Origin: Octopus bimaculoides
Lineage: Eukaryota
DNA length: 33,681 nt
Assembly: GCF_001194135.2 (NCBI RefSeq)
Contig: NC_068994.1
Span: 54,742,859 to 54,776,539, forward strand
Direction of reading: 5' to 3'
Made by a program: the position numbers and the translations under genes. Positions within the stretch are counted from its first letter, which is position 1. Each line of letters starts with the position of its first letter. The notes under the pieces were generated by a model. That model had not been told where the DNA came from. It did not search any database and saw only the letters and a program-made list of their open reading frames with translations. This document shows positions 1 through 11,292 of the stretch, one piece after another.

Positions 1-107
1 ACACTCGCAGACTTACGCACGCGCACCGATATTCATCTCCCTTTTTCACTCTCCCATCTTAGAAAGAACTTTTCCCCCACCACCTCCTCTTCCGGTCTTT
101 TCATCAT

Positions 108-325
108 GTAACCTCGTGGGCATCGGTACCATTTTCCTCTTTCTCCGTTCTTCCATTCTCCGAACTTTCCATCTTTCCGACGAAGGGCTACGCCCGAAAC
201 GTCATACACTCTCTCTTTCCTTTCCTGAGCGTCCAATAATACTATCCATATCACGTCCTCACTTTGTTGTTTTTTTGTTTTTTTGTTATTGTGTTTTTGA
301 ACTATATATATATATATATATATAT
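108..325 (+). mobile_element. Penelope-like element terminus with a hammerhead-like motif (177-203), ending in (TA)n
   Basis: CCGACGA-A-GGGC tac GCCC-GAAACGTC; homologous to 14664-14880. Confidence 0.6.
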
Positions 326-399
326 ACACAAAAATATTGGTTACACTACAGAACAAAATATTTTAGTCATTTTTTTTTACACAATCCCTGTAATATTTA

Positions 400-509
400 A
401 TTCTAGAAATATAACTGAATTGTTTTAAACATTGACTGGCTAGAAGGGTCCACTCAAGTAAAATATGAACCAAAGGGGTCCATAGGTGAAAAATAGTTGG
501 GAACCACTG
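400..509 (+). mobile_element. hAT-like MITE, right-end fragment
   Basis: ends ttgggaaccactg (hAT/Charlie-type TIR); internal similarity to 30119-30367. Confidence 0.45.
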
Positions 510-640
510 GTCTGTTGGATGAAAAACTGATCTGGGACATCAACAACTGCACTTTATCCTCTGAAACATCTCAGTTCTGCTTCTATTTTTTTTTTCTTTT
601 ATATCACCAATAAATCGTATTTAGGGCCCTACTGTCTTCC

Positions 641-870
641 TTAACCCTTTCGTTACTGTATTTCTTTTGAGATGCTCTGTGTTTCTCTCAATTATTTTAG
701 ATATAATAAAGAATTTAGTAAAATAACTTAGTTATCATTCAGCTAGTGTTAGGAACATAAATTGTGACTATGGTTTGGTGGAAGATTTTTAATTCAGAAC
801 TTATGAAAACAAGACATTTGTACTACAGAGCCAAAGCATATTTCAGCTGGGTTGGTATCAAAAGAGTTAA
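641..870 (+). mobile_element. piggyBac-like MITE family P1, copy 1
   Basis: TTAA-ccctttcgttac ... gtatcaaaagag-TTAA. Confidence 0.6.
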
Positions 871-893
871 GAATTGTTTCTCTATTATATATT

Positions 894-1118
894 TTAACCC
901 ATTTGTTACCATATTTCTGTTGAGATGCTCTGTGTTTCTTTCAATTAATTTTAAATATAACAAAGAATTTAGTAAAATAACTTAGTTATTAATTAAGCTA
1001 GTGTTAGGAACATAAATTGTGACTAAGGTTTGGTGGAAGATTTTAATTCAAACTTGTGAAAAACCAGACATTTGTACTACAGAGCCAGTTTCAGCCTGGT
1101 TGGTAATGAAACGGTTAA
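894..1118 (+). mobile_element. piggyBac-like MITE family P1, copy 2 (direct repeat of 641-870)
   Basis: TTAA-cccatttgttacc ... ggtaatgaaacgg-TTAA; same internal sequence. Confidence 0.6.
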
Positions 1119-1157
1119 TCAAGAAATACTAAAAGAGTTTTGTATTTACTCTTTCAG

Positions 1158-1344
1158 AGGAAACAAGACATATTCGCCACCTGAGGCATGTATGGAAACA
1201 ATGTTTGGCTTTACTAAGGAGTACAAATCGAAGTAAGTGTCCCCATTGCTCGGCAACCAGACCATTACTGCGACAGTTTCGAAACTGCCAAATCTTTGCA
1301 ACAAAGATGGTATCACAAACAAAGACAAAGATGCCCAGAATGAA
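1158..1344 (+). CDS. POLR1A: exon (first visible): [42 protein letters not shown]..., Zn-binding CPHC
   Basis: ttcAG at 1156-57, GTaagt at 1345; only one open frame, and it contains CPHC. The acceptor could instead be the AG at 1158-59. Confidence 0.85.
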
Positions 1345-4300
1345 GTAAGTTCATTGTTTCATATTAATTGGAACAACCATATTTTACTTACTTAAACGGT
1401 ACGAAAGAGAATTTTTCAATTCTGTATTTCTTTGAGGACTTTATATTATGTATTAATGCCATCATCTTGTTTATTGCTTTCACTACATTTTTCCTTACCT
1501 CTTCTGGCTTTGTGCCAAAATTATTATTATTATTATTAAAACGGTAAGCTAGCAGAATCGTAAGCACGCTGGGCGAATTGCTTAGTAGTATTCCGCCCAT
1601 CACTACGTTCTGAGTTCAAATTCCACCAAAGTCAACCTTTACCTTTCATCCTTTCGTGGTCAATGAAATAAGTACCAGTTGAATACTGGGGTCGATGTAA
1701 TCAACTCATCCCCTAAAATTTCAGGCCTTGTGCTTATTGTAGAAAGAATTGTTATTATTACTAGCAAATCTACGATGGAGGCAAAACATGAGGGAGGGGA
1801 ATCATAACAGCAGTGTGTATGGAGAAATGTGTAAATGGACTTGATAGATTGCTGGGAGATGTCTTAGAGAAATCACATTATTGTTGGTGATTCAGCATTC
1901 TATTGAAGCTATATAACATGTATTTATGACTAAGTGATATGTGATGATGATTCCCTCCTGAACTGAAATAGGCTCCCAGCCTCTGTATCATGAATGGTTA
2001 TGTGGACCACTCCTAACGAAAGCCAGACCTTCTTTCGACCACTATTAAGAAAAAAATGTTATTTAGATATACTTTTATTTTAGTTGTTTACACTATTTTA
2101 CGCTTGTTTAAACTCTTATACATTCAAAGTTCACAAATTTCTTTATTTGAATTATGAATCATATTCCTTTCAATAATATCAATATGATTACAAAACTTCT
2201 TTGTAGACGATATTTTCTGTTTGGTCGACACTAATTTTTAAATTACTAGAGTCTGTTGCTCTACTCATAGCAACATATAACTGGTCGTGGGTAAAAATAC
2301 ACCTACACAATCTAGACTCTAGCTCTGTGCCTTGTTTGTTGTGAATGCATGAGTGGAATCTTTAGTAATCTATCCATCTACGATGGGAAATAAAGAGATA
2401 GTATCGCAAATCTAAACCCTCTAAATTCACGAATTATATGCTATGGGAAATCTAGAGTTAATTCTTGTCACCAGAATCTTAACAAAAAAATCAAAAGTGA
2501 TTTATTAATACAAAACTCAATATCGGTAATTATTCATACACAGATTAAAGATGAGTCAAAGCCATCCCAACCATTCCTTAATAAGACTGTCTTACACTAA
2601 AACTTACGTATATGGCATAATTCAATGGATAAGTTGACTTACTTCCCTTTGCTTTTTTATTACTTATCTCCCCTTTAACTTTTATTCATTTTTTTACACT
2701 TGTAAACTGAACAATTACCCTCACTATCCACTAAATAATCATGCTTTTTCACATTTTTTTTCGCTAAAACACCTTCCTGATTACCTCCTTTGTAATCCTG
2801 AAAAATATCGTGACCATTGGTCCAGCCGTTTGACCATGAAGCGGAGACATGACGTCCATTATTGTAAGGAGATTATTAAACTAAAATGCATATTACAATG
2901 CCAAACCCTTTTTGGTTTTTATTAACAGAGAGGAGCCAAATAGTAGGACGGCACAACCAAGTATGTTGGATTACACATTCAAGAAATCGTACCTAACCCC
3001 TGTTGAAGTCCAGGAACGTATGCGTAAAATCTGGGAACAAAACGGCTACATTCTGAAGATGGTTTATGACTTTTTAGACATCGATGTTGAATATCCAACT
3101 GACATCTTTTTTCTTGAAGTCGTACCTGTGATTCCATCTTGTTTTAGACCAGTAAGTATTATTATGATTCATCGTCGTCGTTTAACGTCCGCTTCCCATG
3201 CTGACATGGGTTGGATGGTTTGACTGAGGACTGGTGAGCCAGAAGGCTGCACCACGCTCCAATCTGATCTGGCAATGTTTCTACGGCCGGATGCCCTTCC
3301 TAGCACTAACCACTCCGAGAGTGTAGCAGGTCCTTTCTACATGCCACCGGCAGGAGGGCTAGTTAGGCAGTACTGGCATTGGCCACACTTGAACAGTGCT
3401 TTTTACGTGCCACCGGCACAGGACCAGTCAGCCAGCACTAGCATTGACCATGCTCAACTGGTGCTTTTTACATGCTACTGGCAAAAATTTTCACTAAGGT
3501 GGTGAGATGGCTGAATCATTAGGACGCCGGTCAAAATGCTTAGCTGTATTTGACCCGTCACTACATTCTCAGTTTAAATTCTGCCGGGGTCAACTTTACT
3601 TTTCATCTTTTCAGGGCCGGTAAATTAAGTACCAGTTGAACACTGGGGGGGTCAATGTAATTGGCTAGTCCCTTGCCCCAAAGTTTCAGGCCTTGTGCAT
3701 CAGTTGTTAAGCGATGTTGGGGGACACATACACACAAACATATACATACATACATACAATGTGTTGATGAGAAAAGCATGTAATCGCTACCAATATACCC
3801 TGAAGATATGTAAGGTAAATTATGTATTTGACTTGAATTTGACAGTTAAATATAGCCTTATACAGAAATGTTGACATAGGAATAAATTTCAATAATAATG
3901 GATATCAGCGTCAAAACTCTCTTTTAAATTTTAAATTTGATATATATATATATATATATATATACGACAGGCTTCTTTCAGTTTCCGTCTACCAAATCCA
4001 CTTACAAGGCTTTGGTTGGCCTGAGGCTATCGTAGAAGACACTTACCCAAGGTGCCATGGAGTGGGACTGAACCATGTGATTGGTAAGCAAGCTACTTAG
4101 CACACAGCCACTTCTGCACCTATGTATGTAAAGATTTTTCAATGTGCTAAACCTTTTCATAACCATAGTTCTAACAAAATGCACTTCCTGTAGTTTCAAT
4201 TCACTTTGAAAATTATAAAGAATTTGAAAGTAAAATAACTTTTTAATCCATTATCTTGGTTATTCGTGATTTTTTCTTTCTTTTATTTTTTTCTTTTGTT

Positions 4301-7300
4301 AGTGTGTTGTTTTAAAAGGTAACAAGTATGAAAGCGTGCAGACTTCTTCCTACAAACGAATCGTGCAGGAATGTGAGAAGATCCAACAAATTCTCCATGA
4401 GCTCAGACAGATGGAAGGTGGCCAAACAGAAGGAGAAAGTGGCCAAACAGGAGGGGAAAGTGGCCAAACAGAAGGAGGAAGTGGCCAAACAGAAGTGGTA
4501 AGTAATGGGTAGTGGGATGTCAGGGTTCTGGTGGCAGTGGTGGTGGTCACCATCATTAAGAAGCTAGTTTAAAAATACTGTGATGAGACAGCTCATTAAA
4601 TATGTTGGCTAGAAACTACATGAATGTTAACAGATAAAACTGTCTTTCGTATGTCTGTAGGTTAAAACACAAATATCTCCTTAACCCTTTAGCATTTAAA
4701 CCGGCCATATCCAGTCAAAATTTTCTATCTGTTTTATCTTCAGACCAGCCAGATCTAGCCTCTCCCACTTACCCTACAATATCATTTCATAAATAAACAA
4801 TCACATCATTGGAATCTCAAACCTATGAGATAATGTAGGATTAATTCCAAACAATGGGAATAAGTAAGAATTACATTTGACAGAATAATCTGAAGATTAA
4901 GGGTTAATCCTTTAGCATCTAAACCAACCATATCTGGCCCAAATGATCATTTTAATGTTCCGACAGTTCATGCTGAAAGTTTGTGTTTTATTTTCCTGAA
5001 AGTTTTCGTTTTTGTCTTCTGCAGGATCTAACTACAGTCAATGACCCAAAGCATAAGAACCTAAAGAAAAGGCTCAACGAGAGTTGGTTGACTCTACAGA
5101 AGAATGTTAATTGGTTGTACGATGATTCCTCTGATCCGAGTTCATTCCGCATCAGAGGTGTTAGACAGGTGAGGCATCTATTGAACATTTTCAATACCTT
5201 TCTTCTTTTTGTCTTTTTACACATAGTTTCATCCAGTTCAACGGTTCGCCCTCAGATCAAAGGGTTTCAATATGTTGTTATCCTTTACTTGTTTCGGTCA
5301 TTGGACAGTGGCCATGCTGGGGCACTGCCTTGAAGAATTTGTGGTCGAATGAATTGACCCCAGTACTTTTTTTTTAATTAAGCCTGGTACTTAATTTATC
5401 AGTATCTTTTGCCGAGCTGCTAAGTTTCGGGACACAAACACACCAGCATCTGTTGTCGAGCAGTGGTGGGGGACAAAGACAGACACACACATATATATAT
5501 ATGACAGGCTTCTTTCAGTTTCCATTCACAAGGATTTGGTTGTTCTAAGTTTATAGTAAAAGACACTTGCTTAAGGTTCCACAGTGGGACTGAACCTGGA
5601 ACCATGTGGTTAGGAAGCAAGCTTCTTACCATACTGTTACACCAATAAATTGTAAAAATTTCTCCCTTAATCCATTTAATACCTGTTTTATTAAGAGCTC
5701 CCATTATAAAGTGGAACTGCAGTTTACCCTTCATGTCATATTTTCATTTCCTCCTTGTTTACAGATTCTCGAGAAGAAAGAGGGTCTCTTCCGGAAGCAC
5801 ATGATGGGGAAGCGTGTTAACTATGTTGCCCGATCAGTAATTACCCCTGACCCCAATATTGAAGTCGCTGAGATCGGAGTTCCTGAAATCTTTGCTAAAA
5901 CATTGACCTATCCGCAACCTGTGACCCCTTGGAATGTGGATAAACTGAGGAAAATGGTGATTAATGGGCCCAATGAGTATCCAGGGTGAGTAAATGCAAT
6001 TGAATGGATGATCTCTATCTATCTGTCTGTCTGTCTGTCTATCCATCTATGAGTTTAAGATAATAGTCTTAAGACACACTCTCTTTCTCTTTGCTTGTTT
6101 TAGTCATTTGATTGTGGCCATGCTGGAGCACTGTCTTTAGTTGAGCAAATCGACCCCAGGACTTATTCTTTGAAAGCCTAGTACTTATTCTATCGGTCTC
6201 TTTTGTCGAACCGCTAAGTTACAGGGACTTAAACACACCACCATCGGTTGTCAAGTGATGGCCGGGGGGACAAACACACACACACACACACACAAACATA
6301 CATATATACGACGGGCTTCTTTCAGTTTCCGCCTTGGTCTGACCGAGGCTATAGTAGAAGACACTTGCCCATGGTGCCACGCAGTGGGAATGAACCCAGA
6401 ACCATGTGGTTGGGAAGCAAGCTACTTACCACACATCCACTCCTGTGCCTAGTACACTGTATAATTAGAAAGGAAAATAAGCATAAAAAAAGATAGCTAC
6501 AGCTGGGGCACCTTTGGTTATAGGTCTTCTGTAACTGGACTGACCTGGGTCTGAACAACATGTATGTATGGTCATTGATTATCAGGTATTCCCACGCAAT
6601 CAAGGGGACACTCACTTTATACATCACTCATACACATACATCCACACATAAATATCTACACATGCACACACACACACACACCCTTATAGATGCATGCCAA
6701 TTGTCTGCATCACTCGCACATCCTCCTCAAGCATATATACTCACTATCTACATCACGCACACACACACGTCTACATGCATGCATACACATTCTTCCCTCT
6801 CTGTTATATTTTTGCAAAATCTCTCTCCCTTCTTCCAGAGCGGCATATGTTGTCGACCAGCATGGTGTGAAGCAGCGTCTTCTTGCTGAAAATCTCACCC
6901 AGCGCCAATCAGTAGCCAACCAACTCCTCACTCCATCGTCTGTCAACAAGTCTTTGGTCACATGTAAGAAGGTATGATAATTTTAACACTTCTGCTTCTG
7001 TTTTTGAGATGCAAACTCTGAGACGTAGAACTTAAGGTTGGGGTAGACAAAAGAACACTGGGAGGCAATGGACTTAGATATAGAACATATCTATGGATCA
7101 CTTGTTACGGTTATCACTACAGATTTTCTGTAGAAATTATAGACAAAACTGATTTTGTTATGACATTTTGTATCCGAATATGCCTACACGGAGGCAAAGT
7201 GGCTGAGTTCTTTCCAAGTGTTGAGTCTCATGGAAGCAAAGTGGCTGAGTTCCTTTCGAGCGTTGGGCTTCACAGAGGCAATGACTGAGACCTTCGGCAC

Positions 7301-10300
7301 TGTCATGTTTGAGAAGAAGATCCATCAAGCCACAGTTGTGGCAGATACCAGAGTCATGTAAAAGCACCCATTACACTCTCGGAGTCGTTGGCATTAGGAA
7401 GGGCATCTATCATAGAAATCCATGCTAAATTAGACTGGAGTCTGGTGCAGCCTTCCAGCTTACCAGCCCTGGTCAAACTGTCCAACCCACGGACACTGGA
7501 CGTTAAATGATGATGAAAGAGATCAAAGATGGAAAAAGGGTAATGGTGTATTACCATTACCCAGGGTCACACCAGGCTCCAGTTGTCTATTTTGGTATGG
7601 TTTCTACAACTGGATGCCCTTCCTAATGCCAACCACTCCACAGAGTGTACTGGGTGGTTTTTACATGCCCCCCACCACCAATGCTTTTACTATGGTATCA
7701 TCACCAGCGCTTAAAAATTATTTATCTCGCATTGTTAATAATGTACCAGATTGTTTAGAATCATATTTAATGATCAATCAATCGGTCAGTAATTAATTAT
7801 CTCCTAAATGATTTTTTATTATTGTACCAGAATATTTACAATCTTGTCTTTTTTCCCAACAGGTTTATCGCCATCTTGTGGATGGGGACTACCTTCTCCT
7901 CAATCGACAGCCATCTCTTCACAAGCCCAGTATACAAGCCCATCGAGTATGTACTCCCTTTTTGGTTTACCTTTCTTTGACCTGTTATTAATCTATTCAG
8001 CTTCCTTTTCACGTAATGGTTTCGTCCACTGTGTAAAGAGATGCCGTGCACTGACCACTGGTTAAACTGCTAATGGTCCCTATTTATGCCAAGGTTGCCC
8101 ACTTCATTGGTTCCAATATTAGATCCAAGCCTTATTATCCACCCCCACACACCCAGTTCTTCTGTCCCTGCTCATTCCTTTTCCATGCTGGCATGGGTTG
8201 GACAGTTTGACATGAGCTGGAAAGCCAAGGAGCTGCACCAGGCTCCGGTTGTCTGGGTTTTTTATGGTTTCTACAACTGGATACCGTTCCTAGGACCAAC
8301 CACTTTGCAGAGTCTACTGGATGCTTTTTTACGTGGCACCAGCACCAGTGGGGTCGCCAAGTAGGGTGCAAGACAAAGATCCCTCAGTTGAGAGACGGAG
8401 TGGAACCAAGAGAAGTGGGTTTGTGAGGCTTCCTTCTACCAAATCCATTCACATGACTATATTACTTGACCCTGGTCTATAGTGGAAGACACCTACCCAA
8501 GGTGCCACTCAGTGGGACTGAACCCAAAACCACATATATGGGAAGCAAACTTCTTAACCGCAAAACCATACCTGCACCTCTGGTTCTCTAACCTCTGTTT
8601 GTTGTCTTATCTTCAGGCTCGTGTTTTGCCCAACATCAAGACTTTCCGGTTGCATTATGCCAACTGCAAGGCTTACAACGCAGATTTTGATGGTGATGAA
8701 ATGACAGCTCACGTACCTCAAACTGAACTAGGTCGGGCTGAAGCTAAGGAAATTTGTAAGTCCATTTTTTTTATGGGTTTTTTTTTTTTAAACCTTTTAT
8801 TCTTCTTAGTCTTCCAAATTCTCAAAAAAATACCTGTAAAATTTATGAAAAATCTATTTTGTTTTTAGTTCCCAAAAAATTTAAGTGTTTATTTATGCTG
8901 AAAAAAAATGTATAGAAACTAAACCTACTAACACCAAATTTTATAACGGCAAACATGCCTGTGTAGCATCAGGACCATTTTAGACTAGCAACAAACAAAA
9001 AAGATGTAAAAAGGCAAGACAGCCTGAGACCAAGAACACAGCAGATTTTAAGTAAGTTTCTTTCTCACATGTACATTAACATCATCATCATCATCGTTTA
9101 ATGTCTGCTTTCCATGCTGGCATGGGTGGGACAGTTTCACAAGAGCCGGCCAAGCAGAAGCCTGCACCAGACTTCTGTGACTGTTTTGGCAGGATTTTTA
9201 CAGCTAGATACCCTTCCTAACACCGATCATTCAGCAGAGTGGACTTAGTGCTTTTTACGTGGCTCATGCACAGGCAAGGTTTTTATAGCTGGATGCCCTT
9301 CCAAACACCAACCACTTTACAGTGTGGACCCAATGGATGCCGTGCTTAAGGACTCAACCTCAGTGGCCATCCCATGGAAATAAACAATCACATCATAGAA
9401 ATCTGATAGCTCCAAGATAATTGATGATAACTTCAAAACAATGTGAATAAATAAATATTGTTTGAGACAGCAATTTGAATGCTAAAGGGTTAAACATCCT
9501 ATCTCATACATTTAAACATTGCAACAAATATATAATGTTGCTTTTATTATTTTCTGCTCTTTCAGCTAGTGCGCAAAACCAGTACGTGGTTCCTAAAGAT
9601 GGAAGTCCTCTGGCAGGTCTCATCCAAGATCATGTTGTTGCTGGAGTGCGCCTTACCATTCGTGGTCGTTTCTTTAGAAGGTGAGTCATCATATTTGTTG
9701 CTTTATGCTCTTTTTTTCTCCCCTCTTTCTTTTTGTCTCATTTCTGAAATCATCCAGCATTATGATGGTGGTGGTGGCAGCGGCAGATATGTGTCTGTGT
9801 TTTTCTGTTTCCTTTGTTTGTCCTGTTCCCGTGACCTAGTAGTTCAACAAAAATGATTGATGTTGTAAGTACCAAACTTAAAATATGTACTGGGTCAATT
9901 GGTTTGTCTAAACCAGGGGTCGCCAAAAGGAGGGTCTGAGCCACTCATCATCATCATCATTTAATGTCTGTTTTTAATGCTGGTAAGACTGGGAGCCACA
10001 TCAGGCTCCATTGTTATTGGTATGGTTTCTAGGGCCGGATGCCCTTGCTAATACCAACCACTTTACAAAGTGTACTGGGTGCCTTTTACATGGCACCAGC
10101 TCCACTGCTAATCCACAGCACCAAAACAAGTGTTTTATATGTGCTATACCAGCATGGATGCTTTTTACATGGCACCGGCTTGAATTATTCAATATCTATG
10201 TTATCTAAAATAAAATGTCTCTGACTGTCTGTCAATCAATTCATCACTTAATCACTCATTCACAATAATCCTTCTCATATTGATCTTTCTTCGTCTTTGT

Positions 10301-11254
10301 TTCAGAGAAGAGTTCAATCAATTGCTGTTCGCAGCACTCGTTAACAAACCTGATGCCATTAGACTGTTACCACCTGCTATTATTCGACCTGAAAAACTCT
10401 GGTCTGGAAAACAGGTAATTATATTTGCCCAACTATCATTTATGATTGCATAAATTTCATCAGTTTACCTGGCTGACAAGCTAACAGGAATAGGTACAAA
10501 ACCAGCTGGAAATGTCACCTGTGTTCACATTGGTAACATGTCAAGATTTATTTTACCTTCTCTACTTAGTCTGAAACTTGAGACTAAACTCTGTCTTTGA
10601 GAAGTAACCTTTCTGGGATTTTAGTCGTAGTAACAAGGTACATCATCCATAATCTGTGCACGACTTCTCGGGCTGGAGAGGTTATGGCTACTGGTCATTA
10701 CTGATGAAGATGAGGAGATTGGACAGAGAGGAAATTTCCGAAAGTAGAATTCTTGGGTAAAAATGTGGTTAAAACATGGTGGAGGAGAGGGGAATTAGCA
10801 GTGGCTTAGGATGATAAAATAAAGTTTGATAGTGCGTGAGTGAGTGAAATGGAAACATTGCAAGGACATAAAATAACTTGGATTCTTACCAGCAACATCT
10901 CTGTGTGATATGAGGTAACTGAGTGATGATGACAACACGTGTATGATATGAACCGACTAAAGTCTTGTGAGTGGATTTGGTGGATGGGAACTAAAAGAAG
11001 CTTGCTGTGCCTATATATAGGAGTGTGTGTGTGTGTGTTAGCACCTGCTTCTTTTGACATTGCACAATAGTTGCAAAGTGAGTATCACTTTCACACAATC
11101 TGTGTCCTTCATTTCCAGTTCTCCATCAAAACATGTCCAACCATGAGAAAATGTTATCTCATTCAGAAACAAGTGGGGGTTGGCAACAGGAAGGACATCC
11201 AGCTGTTGAAAATCTGCCACAGAAAATTTCATCTGACCCTTACAAGCTAAAAGG

Positions 11255-11292
<38 letters not shown>

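Noticed and set aside
2000-2880. Possible Helitron/DNA-transposon remnant
   Set aside because: Only vague terminal resemblance; no definable TIR, hairpin or second copy in the window.
4350-4556. Minus-strand ORF with SVWP repeats
   Set aside because: It is the antisense shadow of the exonic 21-bp minisatellite.
7911-7916. QPSLH (Ser) rather than QPTLH
   Set aside because: Both Ser and Thr occur at this position among eukaryotic polymerases, so it is not informative.
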